Source: Saprospiraceae bacterium (GTDB taxonomy: Bacteria; Bacteroidota; Bacteroidia; Chitinophagales; Saprospiraceae). From it: DNA of 64,000 nt. The position numbers and the translations under genes were made by a program. The notes under the pieces are model-generated. The model searched no databases and was not told the DNA's origin. It saw only the letters and a program-made list of their open reading frames with translations. Location: positions 2,062,323 through 2,126,322 of the forward strand of contig OZ244050.1 of the NCBI GenBank assembly GCA_965215115.1. Reading direction: 5' to 3'. Shown piece by piece: positions 1 to 9,933 of the stretch. Numbering within the stretch: the first letter of the stretch is position 1; each line of letters opens with the position of its first letter.

Positions 1-99
1 GTGATCGGGGGCACCTTCGCCGTCATGGCCGCCGCCAACATCCTCTACCGCCGGAAGCTCAAAGGCTGGATGGCGCTCACGCAGGGTGGTGCCATCTAG
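1..99 (+). CDS. 3' end of an upstream ORF (partial, hydrophobic tail)
   Basis: Frame 1 is open from the window edge to TAG at 97-99 (VIGGTFAVMAAANILYRRKLKGW...). Too short to assign. Confidence 0.25.
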   Translation: MIGGTFAVMAAANILYRRKLKGWMALTQGGAI

Positions 100-129
100 A
101 GTGGTCGAACGGCCCCTCCTCTTCTTACC

Positions 130-1374
130 TTGCCCATGGATCCCCAAACCATCGACCTCATCGCCGCTCAGACCAAAGGCCCCTCCCCCGGTGCGAACCC
201 GGGCGCCGCCCCAACTACACCACTGTCGGCGCGCGTGTTCTCGTCTCACGTATTGATGAACCTACAGGCCGCACCGGTTTGGCAGGCCGTCGTCGTGGCG
301 GCGGTCGGGAGTTTCCTCGTCAATCTACTGTTCGTGACGGCCTCCGGCGGCATCGACTCCACCGACTGGGCGAACACCCTGCGCGGGATGGGCCTCGGGT
401 TCGCGATCGCGTTCTCGATGTGGCTCAGCCTCGCCTACCTCAACAACTGGCTCACGCACCGCGTCGATTGGCTCGACAAACCGTGGCCCGCTTTCGGGCT
501 CACCCTCGTCGCCAATATCGTCGTCGGCACCACCGTGCTCGGCTTCGTGTACTTCACCTCCTTCGTGATCCTCGGCGACGAGACGGCCCTCGACTGGCTC
601 CAGCGACAGAGGTTCGGCAATTACGTCGGCTCCGTGCTCATCGGACTGCTCATCAGCGCGATCTACCAGGGGGCGTACTTCATCAAGCTGTGGCGCACCT
701 CCCTCGTCGAGGCGGAGCAACTCAAGTCGGCCAACCTCACCGCCAAGTACGAGACCCTCAACGCGCAGATCAACCCGCATTTCCTCTTCAACTCGCTCAA
801 CGTACTCTCGGCCCTCGTGAAGCGCGACCCGGACGCGGCCGAGGGTTTCATCCAGGGCCTCAGCGAGGTGTACCGCTACGTGCTCGACGTGCGGGGGGAG
901 CAAATGGTGAGCCTCGAACGTGAGTTGCGCGCCCTCGACGCCTACGCGCGCCTCGTGCTCATGCGTTTTGGCGAAAGCCGCCTCCGGATCGACGTGTCCG
1001 TCGTCCCGCAGCCCGGCGATCTCATCGTGCCGCTCGCGCTGCAGATGTTGATCGAGAATGCCGTCAAGCACAACGGCGCCACGCGGAAGAACCCGCTCGT
1101 CGTCGAGGTCGCGCGCCAGGACGGGCACATCGTCGTGTCGAACAACAAGGTGCCGCTCTTCGAGGCGGTCGAGAGTCGCGGCATCGGGCTCGCCAACATC
1201 CGCGAGCGCTACGGACTGGCGCTCGGGCGGGAGGTCGTGGTCGAGGATACGGAGGGCACTTACGCCGTGCGCTTGCCGCTGTTCAGAGTCGAGGACAGGC
1301 GCGCGGCCGTCACCTCCCGATCCGCGCCAGCCCCGCCTTCGCCTGTTGGTGCAGGTCCGGCGCGAACTCGCTAG
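130..1374 (+). CDS. LytS/YehU-family sensor histidine kinase
   Basis: 414-aa ORF with a multi-TM N-terminus, the His_kinase box NPHFLFNSLN and HATPase_c motifs (ENAVKHNG, GIGLANIRERY). Confidence 0.85.
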   Translation: MPMDPQTIDLIAAQTKGPSPGANPGAAPTTPLSARVFSSHVLMNLQAAPVWQAVVVAAVGSFLVNLLFVTASGGIDSTDWANTLRGMGLGFAIAFSMWLSLAYLNNWLTHRVDWLDKPWPAFGLTLVANIVVGTTVLGFVYFTSFVILGDETALDWLQRQRFGNYVGSVLIGLLISAIYQGAYFIKLWRTSLVEAEQLKSANLTAKYETLNAQINPHFLFNSLNVLSALVKRDPDAAEGFIQGLSEVYRYVLDVRGEQMVSLERELRALDAYARLVLMRFGESRLRIDVSVVPQPGDLIVPLALQMLIENAVKHNGATRKNPLVVEVARQDGHIVVSNNKVPLFEAVESRGIGLANIRERYGLALGREVVVEDTEGTYAVRLPLFRVEDRRAAVTSRSAPAPPSPVGAGPARTR

Positions 1375-2806
1375 GCTCCATCTGGAGGGCCATCTGGTAG
1401 TAGACCCGCGCGGACGGCTTGTCGCGCTGGCGCTCGGCGATGAGGCCGAGCTCGACGGCCGACTTGCAGGCGTAGTAAGGCGCGGCATCGCGCCCGATGG
1501 CGATGGTGTTCTTGTAGCGCTGCTTCGCGAGCTCGACCTGGCCGCGCTTGTCGGCGATGCGGGCGGCGCGGTAGGGGAACTCGATGCGCTGCTCGGGACT
1601 CAACAGACCCTCGATCGTCTTCCCGATGGCCGCCTCGGCGCGGTCGTAGTAGCCGCCGTCGAACAGGAGCCGCGCGCGGAGGAGGTCGACGTTGGGGACG
1701 AGGTTCTGCTCGGCTTCCCGCAGGGCGCTCTTGTCGCTGCCGGCCACCGTGTTGCCCATCGTCCGCACCTTCGCCATGTACCCTTTGTAGCCCGCCAGAT
1801 CGCTGGCCAGTAGCTGGTGCCAGGCCAGCTTCTGGTAGGCCTCCTTGACGAAGTTGCCGCTCGGCCGTCGCTTTACGTAGCTCCGTAGGTAGACGGGCGC
1901 CTGGTCGCTGAGCTTGCGCTGGAGGCAGACCCCGAGCATGAAGTCGAGGTAGGGGAAGGGGTGGTAGCGCGGGGAGTGCGGCCGCCGCGACAGCAGGCGG
2001 ATGGCCTCGTCGTTGCGCCCGGACTGCATGGCGATGTTGGCCGTCACGAAGACGCCCAGCAGGCTCCGACTTTCGTCAAAACCCGCCGAGCGGATCTTGC
2101 TCCACGCCTCGTTTTCCTCGCGCTCGAGGTGCAGCAGCAGGAACGCGTACAGGGCGGTGGTCTCCTGGAGGAACGGCGACTTGTCGCGGCGTTGCTGCGC
2201 CAGTACGCGCTCGAGGTTGCGCTTCCCGCCCGCCAGGTCACCCTCCATGCCGGTGATCAGCTCGAGGCCCCACTGGTAGCCGCTCGGCACGGTGGCCACG
2301 GCCGCCTGCAGCAGGCCCATCTCCTTGCGGGAGAGCTCGAACCCCGGGTGCGCCGCGATGTTGTCCTCCAGCAACTTATAGGCCCGCCGCACCTCGCGCA
2401 TCGTCGTGACGTACTCACCGAACTTGAGCCGCGCCAGGGCCCAGTGCAGCATGATGTTGGCCTGGGTGTAGAGGTAGTAGGGCGAGTCCTTGGGCCCGTC
2501 GCGCAGCCGATCCAGCCGCGCGCCGTACTGCTTCTCGAGCCGCGCGAAGGCCTTCGGGTCCTCGTCGATGTAGACCTCGAAAAAGTCCGCGTAGTCCTCG
2601 AGCCAGACGGCCACGAGGTTGTCCGGGTCGCGCTGCTGGATGGCCTTGAGCTGCGCGCGGCCCTCCGCGAGCCTGAGCTCGAGGATCGTCTCGTAGGCCG
2701 CCGTACACTCGGCATTGAAGTCGTAGCGCAGCGCGGCGCGCAGCGGCGGAGCACTCGCGCACACGATAGCGGCTACGAGGAGCAGGACTCTGGGTGGGTA
2801 CTTCAA
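1310..2806 (-). CDS. Secreted TPR-like helical-repeat protein
   Basis: 498-aa ORF with signal peptide MKYPPRVLLLVAAIVCASAP and helical-repeat composition. No specific family recognised. The 3' end overlaps the convergent kinase gene by 65 nt. Confidence 0.55.
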   Translation of the reverse strand: MKYPPRVLLLVAAIVCASAPPLRAALRYDFNAECTAAYETILELRLAEGRAQLKAIQQRDPDNLVAVWLEDYADFFEVYIDEDPKAFARLEKQYGARLDRLRDGPKDSPYYLYTQANIMLHWALARLKFGEYVTTMREVRRAYKLLEDNIAAHPGFELSRKEMGLLQAAVATVPSGYQWGLELITGMEGDLAGGKRNLERVLAQQRRDKSPFLQETTALYAFLLLHLEREENEAWSKIRSAGFDESRSLLGVFVTANIAMQSGRNDEAIRLLSRRPHSPRYHPFPYLDFMLGVCLQRKLSDQAPVYLRSYVKRRPSGNFVKEAYQKLAWHQLLASDLAGYKGYMAKVRTMGNTVAGSDKSALREAEQNLVPNVDLLRARLLFDGGYYDRAEAAIGKTIEGLLSPEQRIEFPYRAARIADKRGQVELAKQRYKNTIAIGRDAAPYYACKSAVELGLIAERQRDKPSARVYYQMALQMEPSEFAPDLHQQAKAGLARIGR

Positions 2807-2827
2807 GGGCGGGGGTGGCGCGGCCGA

Positions 2828-3586
2828 CTATGCCTCGGCGGCGGACGGGTTCATCACCTCCTCGTCGACGAGGATGCGGCCGCAGTGCTCGCACGCGATG
2901 ATCTTCTTGTGCATCCCGATCTCGAGGCGCGTCTGCGGCGGGACGTTGTTGAAGCAGCCCCCGCAGGAGTCGCGCTCCGTGCCGACGACGGCCTGGCCGT
3001 TGCGGTACGACCCGCGGATCTTGTCGTAGGCCTTCAGGAGGCGCTCCTCGATGTTCTTGCGCGCGGCGTCGGATTGCTTCTGGAGCTTCTTCTCCTCCTT
3101 CTCGGTCTTGGCGACGATCTTCTCGAGCTCGACGCGCTTGCGCTCGAGGTCGGCGTTGCGGGCGGCGAGGCGCTCGGCGGCGGTGTCGAGGGTGGACTGC
3201 TTGGCCTCGCGCGCGACGGCGAGCTCGCCGAGGCGCTTCTCCGACAGCTGGATGTCGAGGTTCTGGAGCTCGATCTCCTTCTGGAGGGCTTCGTACTCGC
3301 GGTTGTTCTTCACCTCGTCCATCTGGCGCTGGTACTTCTCGATGGCGGTCTTCGCGTCGGCGATGAGGCCGTTGAGGCGCGTGGTCTGGTCGTCGGTCTC
3401 GGTGACGCTCGCCTGCAGGCGCTCGATGCGCTTGTTGAGCCCGGCGATCTCGTCCTCGAGGTCCGACACCTCCATCGGGAGCTCCCCTTTGAGGACCTGG
3501 ATGTCGTCGAGGTTGGAGTCGATGAGCTGGAGCTCGTAGAGGCGGCGCAACTTATCGGCGACCGTGGTTTCTGGAGTGGCTGCCAT
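2828..3586 (-). CDS. Coiled-coil / C4 zinc-ribbon protein (COG1579, DUF164 type)
   Basis: 252 aa: a long coiled coil, then CGGC...CEHC at the C-terminus. Lies directly downstream of nif3, the usual pairing. Confidence 0.8.
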   Translation of the reverse strand: MAATPETTVADKLRRLYELQLIDSNLDDIQVLKGELPMEVSDLEDEIAGLNKRIERLQASVTETDDQTTRLNGLIADAKTAIEKYQRQMDEVKNNREYEALQKEIELQNLDIQLSEKRLGELAVAREAKQSTLDTAAERLAARNADLERKRVELEKIVAKTEKEEKKLQKQSDAARKNIEERLLKAYDKIRGSYRNGQAVVGTERDSCGGCFNNVPPQTRLEIGMHKKIIACEHCGRILVDEEVMNPSAAEA

Positions 3587-3603
3587 AGCGGGTAGGGCGA
3601 GGT

Positions 3604-4725
3604 TTAGTGAGGCGGAGTGACGGGGACGTAGAAACGCACGGGATTAGTGTCCCGGCTCGTCATTCGGGCCGCGAAGGTATCGAATTGGCGCGATATGGTT
3701 TCGTACAGCAAGTCGATCGTGAAGCGCTCGGATTCGTAGTGCCCGATGTCGCAGACCACGATGCGGTTGTCGGCGTCGAAGAACTCGTGGTACTTGAAGT
3801 CCGCCGTGACGAAGGCCTGGGCCCCGGCCCCGATCGCGGCTTTCAGCAACGAGCTCCCGCTGCCCCCGCACAGGGCCACGCGTTCGATGTGTTCGCCGGT
3901 GGCCTCGGTGACGCGCAGGCCCTCGAGGTCCATCGCGTCGCAGAGGTAGTCGAGCCACTCGGCGTAGCGCATCGGTTGGGGCAGGGTTCCGACGGCGCCC
4001 ATGCCGAAGTCGGGGTGCGTGGACTCGACGTGGTACAGGTCGTAGGCCATCTCCTCGTAGGGGTGTGCGGTTTTGGCGGCAGCTAGGACGGCTTTCGCCA
4101 AAACCCTCGGCACCAGCACCTCGAGCTTGTCCTCCGCGACGCGCTCCAGGTCGCCGACGCGCCCGAGCGCCGGGGCGGCCCCTTCCTGCGGTCGGAACGT
4201 CCCCTCGCCGGGCGTCCGGAACGAGGCCCGGTCGTAGTTGCCGATGCGCCCGGCCCCGGCGTCGAACATGGCGTGGGCCACGGCCTCGGTGGCGTCGCGC
4301 GGGCAGTAGACGGCGAGCTTGCTGAGGGTGCCGGGGTGTGGCTGGAGCACGGTCACGTCCTGGAGCCCGAGTTTCTGCGCGATGCGGCCGTTGACGCCCC
4401 GGGCGAGGACGCTGTCGAGGTTGGTATGGATGGCGTAGATGGCCACCCTGGCACGGATGGCCGCGATGACGGTGCGCTCGACGTACGTTTTGCCGGTAAG
4501 GCGCTTGAGTCCCCCGAAGATGATCGGGTGGTGCGCGACGACGACGTTGCAGCCGGTCTCGACGGCCTCCTCGATGGTGGTCTCGAGGCAGTCGAGGGTC
4601 ACGAGCACGCCGGTGACGATGCTGTTGGGTTCGCCGACGAGCAGACCGCTGTTGTCGTAGGGGGCCGCGAGGGCCGGGGGTGCGACGGCCTCGAGGGCGT
4701 GGATGAGCTGGGAGAGGCGCGTCAT
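3604..4725 (-). CDS. Nif3-like dinuclear metal centre protein (GTP cyclohydrolase 1 type 2 homologue)
   Basis: 373 aa with NIF3 signatures (VVAHHPIIFGG, AIYAIHTNLD, CGGSGSS...TADFKYHEF). Confidence 0.85.
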   Translation of the reverse strand: MTRLSQLIHALEAVAPPALAAPYDNSGLLVGEPNSIVTGVLVTLDCLETTIEEAVETGCNVVVAHHPIIFGGLKRLTGKTYVERTVIAAIRARVAIYAIHTNLDSVLARGVNGRIAQKLGLQDVTVLQPHPGTLSKLAVYCPRDATEAVAHAMFDAGAGRIGNYDRASFRTPGEGTFRPQEGAAPALGRVGDLERVAEDKLEVLVPRVLAKAVLAAAKTAHPYEEMAYDLYHVESTHPDFGMGAVGTLPQPMRYAEWLDYLCDAMDLEGLRVTEATGEHIERVALCGGSGSSLLKAAIGAGAQAFVTADFKYHEFFDADNRIVVCDIGHYESERFTIDLLYETISRQFDTFAARMTSRDTNPVRFYVPVTPPH

Positions 4726-4800
4726 GGGGGGGGGCGGGGGGCGTTTTTGGCCTGAAGGCGTTCTTTTCTGGGGTGCTGTGCCGGGGTGCTGTGCCGGGGT

Positions 4801-5095
4801 GCTTTACTGGGGTCCCGGGGTCGTAAGCTGTGGTGTGGCTTGGTCTTTTGGTAAAATTAGGGCTGCTGATTTCCTTGTCGTATTTGGTTCGACCCCGGGC
4901 TACTCGTGGTTCGACCCCGCTGGGGTCGCGTGCTGGGGCTGTGCTGGGCTGCTTGACTGGGGTCCCGGGGTCGTAAGTTGTGGTGTGGCTTGGTCTTTTG
5001 GTAAAATTAGGGCTGCTGAGTTCCTTGTCGTATTTGGTTCGACCCCGGGCTACTCGTGGTTCGACCCCGCTGGGGTCGCGTGCTGGGCTCGATGG
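4801..5095. repeat. Two tandem copies of a 150-bp structured repeat (unit starts 4807 and 4957)
   Basis: Near-identical units share the core GGTTCGACCCCGGGCTACTCGTGGTTCGACCCCGCTGGGGTCG. 10-bp stem CCCGGGGTCG (4814-4823) / CGACCCCGGG (4890-4899). Mini-hairpin CGACCCC-GCT-GGGGTCG at 4912-4928. Confidence 0.9.
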
Positions 5096-5166
5096 TCCTT
5101 CGGCGGGCCGCGTAGGATGGCGCGCGCGTGCAGCAATCTATGCTCCTCGATCCATGCTCCACGTTC

Positions 5167-6498
5167 CTAATCCAGCTTCCGCTCCCACAGCATCTTTCCG
5201 GTCTTGTCGTAGACGCGTAGCGTGAGGGTGCGCGCGGTGCGGGGGCCGGCGATGGTGACGGTGCCGAAGTTGTGGACGCCGACGTGGGTGCCGTCGACGC
5301 GGTTGGCGTTCGGCTCGTCCTTCGCGCGATCGCCGGTGGCGCCGGCGGTGAGGGGGCTGACGGTGAAGTCGTAGAGCCGCACGTCACCGACCTGGAGGTG
5401 GCTGAGCTCGGAGTGGTGCCGATCGCCGGTGAGGAAGACGACGTTGTCGAGGCCCTCGGCGGCGACGCGGGCGAGGAGCCGCGCGCGTTCCTCCCGGTGG
5501 GCGGCGGCGTAGTTCTCGAAGACGGGGGCGTCGTTGAGGACCTGCCCGCCGATGGCGACGAATTTGAAGCGCGCCGAACTAGACACCAGGGCATCGATGA
5601 GCCAGTCGAACTGCGCCTCCCCGAGCAGCGTCATCGGCGCGCAGGTCTTGCAGGCGTTCGGGGCCCGGAAGGTGCGGTCGTCGAGGAGGAAGAACTCGGC
5701 GTCGCCGTAGACGAAGTTGGTCCCGATCCCGGGCGCGAGCTGCGGGTGTTGGGTCGGCGGGTTGGCCCAGAACAAATCAAAGGCCTCGCGCGACCAATCC
5801 TTGTGGACGTAGCTGCGATCGGAGTCGTTGGGGCCGTAGTCGTGGTCGTCCCAGATGGCGTAGTGGTGAACGTCGCGCAGCAGGCCCTGCAGCTCCGGGA
5901 TGGCCCGCGAGTGGGAGTAGCGGTGGAGGACGCCGCCGCGGGTGTCGAAGTCCCCGGTCCGCATGTAGATGTTGTCCCCGAGCCAGAGCATGAAGTCGGG
6001 CCGCAGGGTGTCGATGGCTCCGAAGATGCCGTAGTCCCCGCCGTAGGGCGTGCCGGGGCGGTCGAAGGCGGGCTCGTTGGCGTAGTAGCAGCTCCCGAGC
6101 GCGAAGGTGATCGCGGGTGGGTCGGCGCGGTACTCCCAGAGGGTTTGGGTCTTGAAGCGCAGGGGTCTCGCGGTGGCCATCGCGCGTCCGTCCATGAGGA
6201 TTTGGTATTCGTAGGTCGTGCCCGGCATCAGCGAGTCCGCCTTCAGCGTGGCGCAGTAGGCGTCGGTGCTAGTGGTTTTGGCGACAGCCGAGTAATGCAA
6301 GTCCTTGATGTCCGACACGGGCCAGTAGCGCAGTCGCACGCTCGCCGCGCCGTCGGTCTGCATCCAGACGGCCACTTCGCGCATGGTGTTGTAGCCGAGC
6401 ATCGGTCCGGAGCGGAGGAGGGCTTGCGCCAAAACCGATCGCGGGAGTGCCGCGGTGGCCAGGAACGCGAGCGCGAGAAGGAGGGGGCGGAAGGGCAT
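5167..6498 (-). CDS. phoD: PhoD-family alkaline phosphatase (secreted metallophosphoesterase)
   Basis: 443 aa with a signal peptide and PhoD/metallophos motifs (LGSCYY, WLGDNIY, WDDHDYGPND, FLTGDRHHSE). Confidence 0.8.
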   Translation of the reverse strand: MPFRPLLLALAFLATAALPRSVLAQALLRSGPMLGYNTMREVAVWMQTDGAASVRLRYWPVSDIKDLHYSAVAKTTSTDAYCATLKADSLMPGTTYEYQILMDGRAMATARPLRFKTQTLWEYRADPPAITFALGSCYYANEPAFDRPGTPYGGDYGIFGAIDTLRPDFMLWLGDNIYMRTGDFDTRGGVLHRYSHSRAIPELQGLLRDVHHYAIWDDHDYGPNDSDRSYVHKDWSREAFDLFWANPPTQHPQLAPGIGTNFVYGDAEFFLLDDRTFRAPNACKTCAPMTLLGEAQFDWLIDALVSSSARFKFVAIGGQVLNDAPVFENYAAAHREERARLLARVAAEGLDNVVFLTGDRHHSELSHLQVGDVRLYDFTVSPLTAGATGDRAKDEPNANRVDGTHVGVHNFGTVTIAGPRTARTLTLRVYDKTGKMLWERKLD

Positions 6499-6526
6499 GG
6501 GGCGAAAGTAGAGAGGGCGATTTTTA

Positions 6527-6658
6527 GTTCTCAGTTGACAGTTCTCAGTTGACAGTTCTCAGTTGACAGTTCTCAGTTGACAGTTCTTAGTTGGCTGCCG
6601 CGTAGGCCCGGTAGAACGGCACGCGTGACGGGAATTGAGAACTGTCAACTGAGAACTG

Positions 6659-6668
<10 letters not shown>
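6527..6668. repeat. 14-bp tandem repeat (GTTCTCAGTTGACA, 4.8 copies) with an inverted 2-copy arm
   Basis: Units at 6527, 6541, 6555 and 6569, plus a partial unit at 6583. The reverse-complement arm at 6635-6668 overlaps the ppa stop codon (6659-6661). Confidence 0.9.
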
Positions 6669-7276
<608 letters not shown>

Positions 7277-7412
7277 GTTTCTTGGGGTAGGAGAGCGAGT
7301 ACCTAGATCTAGGTATTCATCGCTCTTTCAAACAAAAAGTGTGTAATTGCAGAGGAGCCGTAGTCTTACTACCGAACCCTGGGCGCAAAGGTTGCCCCAG
7401 AATCGAATCGAA

Positions 7413-7685
7413 ATGGCCGCTACACAACACCTCTACTACGCTACCAATCACCAACCCGCCCTCGTGATCGCGGGGCTCCTCGACGATCCGCTGGCCCTCG
7501 AGCTCCTGGCTCGGCTCCGCGGGCAGTCGATGACCTTGGCGCAACTCGACCTGGGTCCTGAGCAGCGGTTCTTGCTCCGCCGGCTGCGGCACCTCAACCT
7601 CGTGCTCGCCTACGAGATCGGCGGCGTCGTGAAGTACCGCGCCAACCGGTACCCACCTGCCGTCAGGCAGGCGCTCGCCGCGTGA
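7413..7685 (+). CDS. Small hypothetical protein, possibly winged-helix
   Basis: 90-aa version (internal ATG) of ORF 7347..7685. Weak wHTH-like pattern (LELLARLRGQSMTLAQL...LRRLRHLNLV). An antisense ORF also exists here. Confidence 0.35.
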   Translation: MAATQHLYYATNHQPALVIAGLLDDPLALELLARLRGQSMTLAQLDLGPEQRFLLRRLRHLNLVLAYEIGGVVKYRANRYPPAVRQALAA

Positions 7686-7717
7686 ACGACCGGTGGTCGC
7701 GCGAGTAGCTTCGCGCC

Positions 7718-8803
7718 ATGATCCGAAAGCTACTTACCGGACGTGTGGTTGTGCTCGTCGCCCTCGCGCTCACCGCCGGCAGCGCAGGTGCGCAACAGCA
7801 GACGGTGATCTACCCCGGGTCGACGGGGACGAATCTGCTTAGCCGCTTGCAGCAGGGGTATTCTCCGAAATCCGGCCTCAACTACGGCACGGCCCGCAAC
7901 CAGTTGTACGCAGATGTTTGGGTTACCAATAATACCCTCGAGTGTCAGTACACGGGCCTCACGATCTCGATGGCCGGCAACGGCGAGCCGAAGGACATCG
8001 CCTTCGGGAAGGGCATCAACACCGAGCACGTCTACCCCCAGTCAAAGGGGGCCGAGGGGGACGCCCGCGCCGACATGCACCACCTCTACCCCACGCAGAT
8101 CGACGTCAACTCCGACCGCGGGAGCCTACCCTTCGGCGAGATCCCCGACGCGCAAACGCTGACGTGGTACCGCCTGAAGGAAGAGCTTCGGACCGTCCCC
8201 CCCGCCAACGTCCGCGACGAGTACTCCGAGGGGACCACCGCCGCCTTCGAGCCGCGCGAGAAGATCAAGGGCGACATCGCGCGGGCGGTGTTCTACTTCT
8301 GGTCCATCCACCGCGCCCGGGCCCAACGCGAGGATGCCACCTTCTTCGGGAAGATGCGCGCCGACCTGTGTACCTGGCACGAGACGGACCCCGTCGACGC
8401 GGCCGAGGCCACGCGCTCGAGGAAGATCGCGACCTACCAGGACAATGAGAATCCCTTCGTCCTCGATTGCTCGCTCCCGCAGCGACTGGCCTACTGCCCC
8501 AATCTATCGCAGGCGTGTCGCGACTTGACGCCGGTGGTGCAGCTTTCGCGAAAACCTTCCGTGGAGGCCTTCCCGAATCCCCTCGGTGAGGTGCTGCAGG
8601 TAGAGGGGATACCGGGTGGGTCGAGTCTACGGCTCCTGGATGCCCTCGGGCGGGAAGTGGCGGCGTGGACGGCTGCGGACTTCGGGCGCGCGGGCGCCGG
8701 GGGGGCTACCCTAACGTGGGTGGTGCCATCGGACCTGCCTGTCGGGATGTACTTCTTGCACGTCGGCGCTAGTGGGGAGGTGGTGCGGCTGGTGAAGCGA
8801 TAG
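7718..8803 (+). CDS. Secreted endonuclease I-family nuclease with T9SS C-terminal sorting domain
   Basis: 361 aa with a signal peptide, endonuclease I motifs (TEHVYPQS, DMHHLYPT, NSDRG, ARAVFYF) and a C-terminal ~80-aa Por/T9SS-type domain (FPNPLGEVLQVEG...YFLHV...VRLVKR). Confidence 0.85.
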   Translation: MIRKLLTGRVVVLVALALTAGSAGAQQQTVIYPGSTGTNLLSRLQQGYSPKSGLNYGTARNQLYADVWVTNNTLECQYTGLTISMAGNGEPKDIAFGKGINTEHVYPQSKGAEGDARADMHHLYPTQIDVNSDRGSLPFGEIPDAQTLTWYRLKEELRTVPPANVRDEYSEGTTAAFEPREKIKGDIARAVFYFWSIHRARAQREDATFFGKMRADLCTWHETDPVDAAEATRSRKIATYQDNENPFVLDCSLPQRLAYCPNLSQACRDLTPVVQLSRKPSVEAFPNPLGEVLQVEGIPGGSSLRLLDALGREVAAWTAADFGRAGAGGATLTWVVPSDLPVGMYFLHVGASGEVVRLVKR

Positions 8804-8804
8804 G

Positions 8805-9330
8805 GGGGCTGTGCTGGGGGGGCTGTGCGTTGGGGTCCCGTTTCCCGGGGTCCTATGCGGGCCTTTGGGTTGGTGCTTTTGTGAAGTTGGGTTTTGAAAT
8901 CTTTATTGGTGTCGTTGGTTGGACCCCGGGCTACTCGTGGTTCGACCCCGCTGGGGTCGGTGGGGGGCTTTGCTGGGGGCTGTGCGTTCGTTTCCCGGGG
9001 TCCGATCCGGTCCGTTGGGTTATTGCTTTTGTGAAGTTGAGTTTTGGGGGCTTTTTTGGTGTCGTCGGTTGGACCCCGGGCTACTCGTGGTTCGACCCCG
9101 CTGGGGTCGGTGGGGGGCTTTGCTGGGGGCTGTGCGTTCGTTTCCCGGGGTCCGATCCGGTCCGTTGGGTTATTGCTTTTGTGAAGTTGGGTTTTGGGGG
9201 CTTTTTTGGTGTCGTCGGTTGGACCCCGGGCTACTCGTGGTTCGACCCCGCTGGGGTCGGTGGGTTCGGTGGGGGGCTTTGCGTTGGGTTTCTCGTGGTT
9301 CGGCCCTGGTGGGGTCGGTGGGGGTGCTTC
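8805..9330. repeat. Three tandem copies plus a degenerate tail of the same 150-bp repeat family as 4801-5095
   Basis: TTTCCCGGGGTCC recurs at 8841, 8991 and 9141. Same 42-nt core as locus 1. Stem CCCGGGGTCC (8994-9003) / GGACCCCGGG (9071-9080). Confidence 0.9.
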
Positions 9331-9401
9331 GCTGGGGGGCCGTGCGCTCGTGTAATCGCGGGGACTTTGTGAGGCTCGATGCGCAGGGGGGGCTGCCCGT
9401 T

Positions 9402-9725
9402 TTACAAGCCTTGCATCCCCTCGCCCCAGAGCTTCTTCATCCGCGCCCAGCCGACGGCGCGGAAGATGACCGTCCTCTCCGCTGCGCTGCTGTTGGCGTC
9501 GCGGTGGCGGGTTTTGCGGAAACGCACCAAACCGGCCTCCTCGAGGAGCCCGAGGTGGTAGTTGAGCTTAAGGCTGGAGATCTGGAGCTGGTCGGCGAGC
9601 GGCGTGAAGTCGGTCGGGCCCTGCGCCTGCAGGACTTGCAAGAGGCGGCGGCGCGTCGGGCTGTCGAGCGCCTGTAGCGCGGCGGCCGGGCGGAAGGCCT
9701 CCGGCCGCGAGGGCAGTGAGTGCAT
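9402..9725 (-). CDS. ArsR/SmtB-family winged-helix transcriptional regulator
   Basis: 108 aa from the internal ATG at 9725. HTH pattern LDSPTRRRLLQVLQAQGPTDFTPLADQLQISSLKLNYHLGLLEEAGLV. Confidence 0.8.
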   Translation of the reverse strand: MHSLPSRPEAFRPAAALQALDSPTRRRLLQVLQAQGPTDFTPLADQLQISSLKLNYHLGLLEEAGLVRFRKTRHRDANSSAAERTVIFRAVGWARMKKLWGEGMQGL

Positions 9726-9933
9726 AGTGTTTCGATTCTCGCACAAATATAAACAGAATGTTGGCAAGGGCTCGATGTTTCAACATTTGTTGATTTTTAC
9801 GCTCGCCTGCGAGAAATGTCCGTAGCGCTCAACACGACCGGCATGCCTGCGTTGCGCTAGACGCGCCAGCGGTTTTGACGAAAGTCGACCCAAGCGCTAG
9901 ACCCCTAGACCCAATCCCCTAGACCCCACCCCC

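Noticed and set aside
325-1488. Long antisense or alternative-frame ORFs across the GC-rich genes (for example 325..1488 -, 1961..3595 +, 5272..6552 +, 9919..11181 -, 12806..14446 -, 17513..18547 -, 31294..33246 -, 38097..39155 +, 48312..49829 -, 60665..61810 +, 61650..62762 +)
   Set aside because: Their translations are Arg/Ala/Gly/Pro-rich low-complexity strings typical of shadow frames in high-GC DNA. Each overlaps a gene with clear family motifs on the other strand or frame.
4884-4928. tRNA or tRNA fragment suggested by GGTTCGACCCC (T-arm-like) occurring twice per unit
   Set aside because: No acceptor stem, D-arm or anticodon arm can be drawn around it. It is part of the repeat core present at five tandem positions.
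4703-5170. ORFs translating the 150-bp tandem repeats (4703..5170 +, 8830..9372 +, 8919..9677 +) as repeat proteins
   Set aside because: The periodic peptides simply mirror DNA tandem repeats. Several frames are open at once, and the conserved features are nucleotide stems, not codons.
8805-9330. CRISPR array
   Set aside because: The whole 150-bp unit repeats. There is no alternation of short conserved repeats with unique spacers, and no cas genes in the window.
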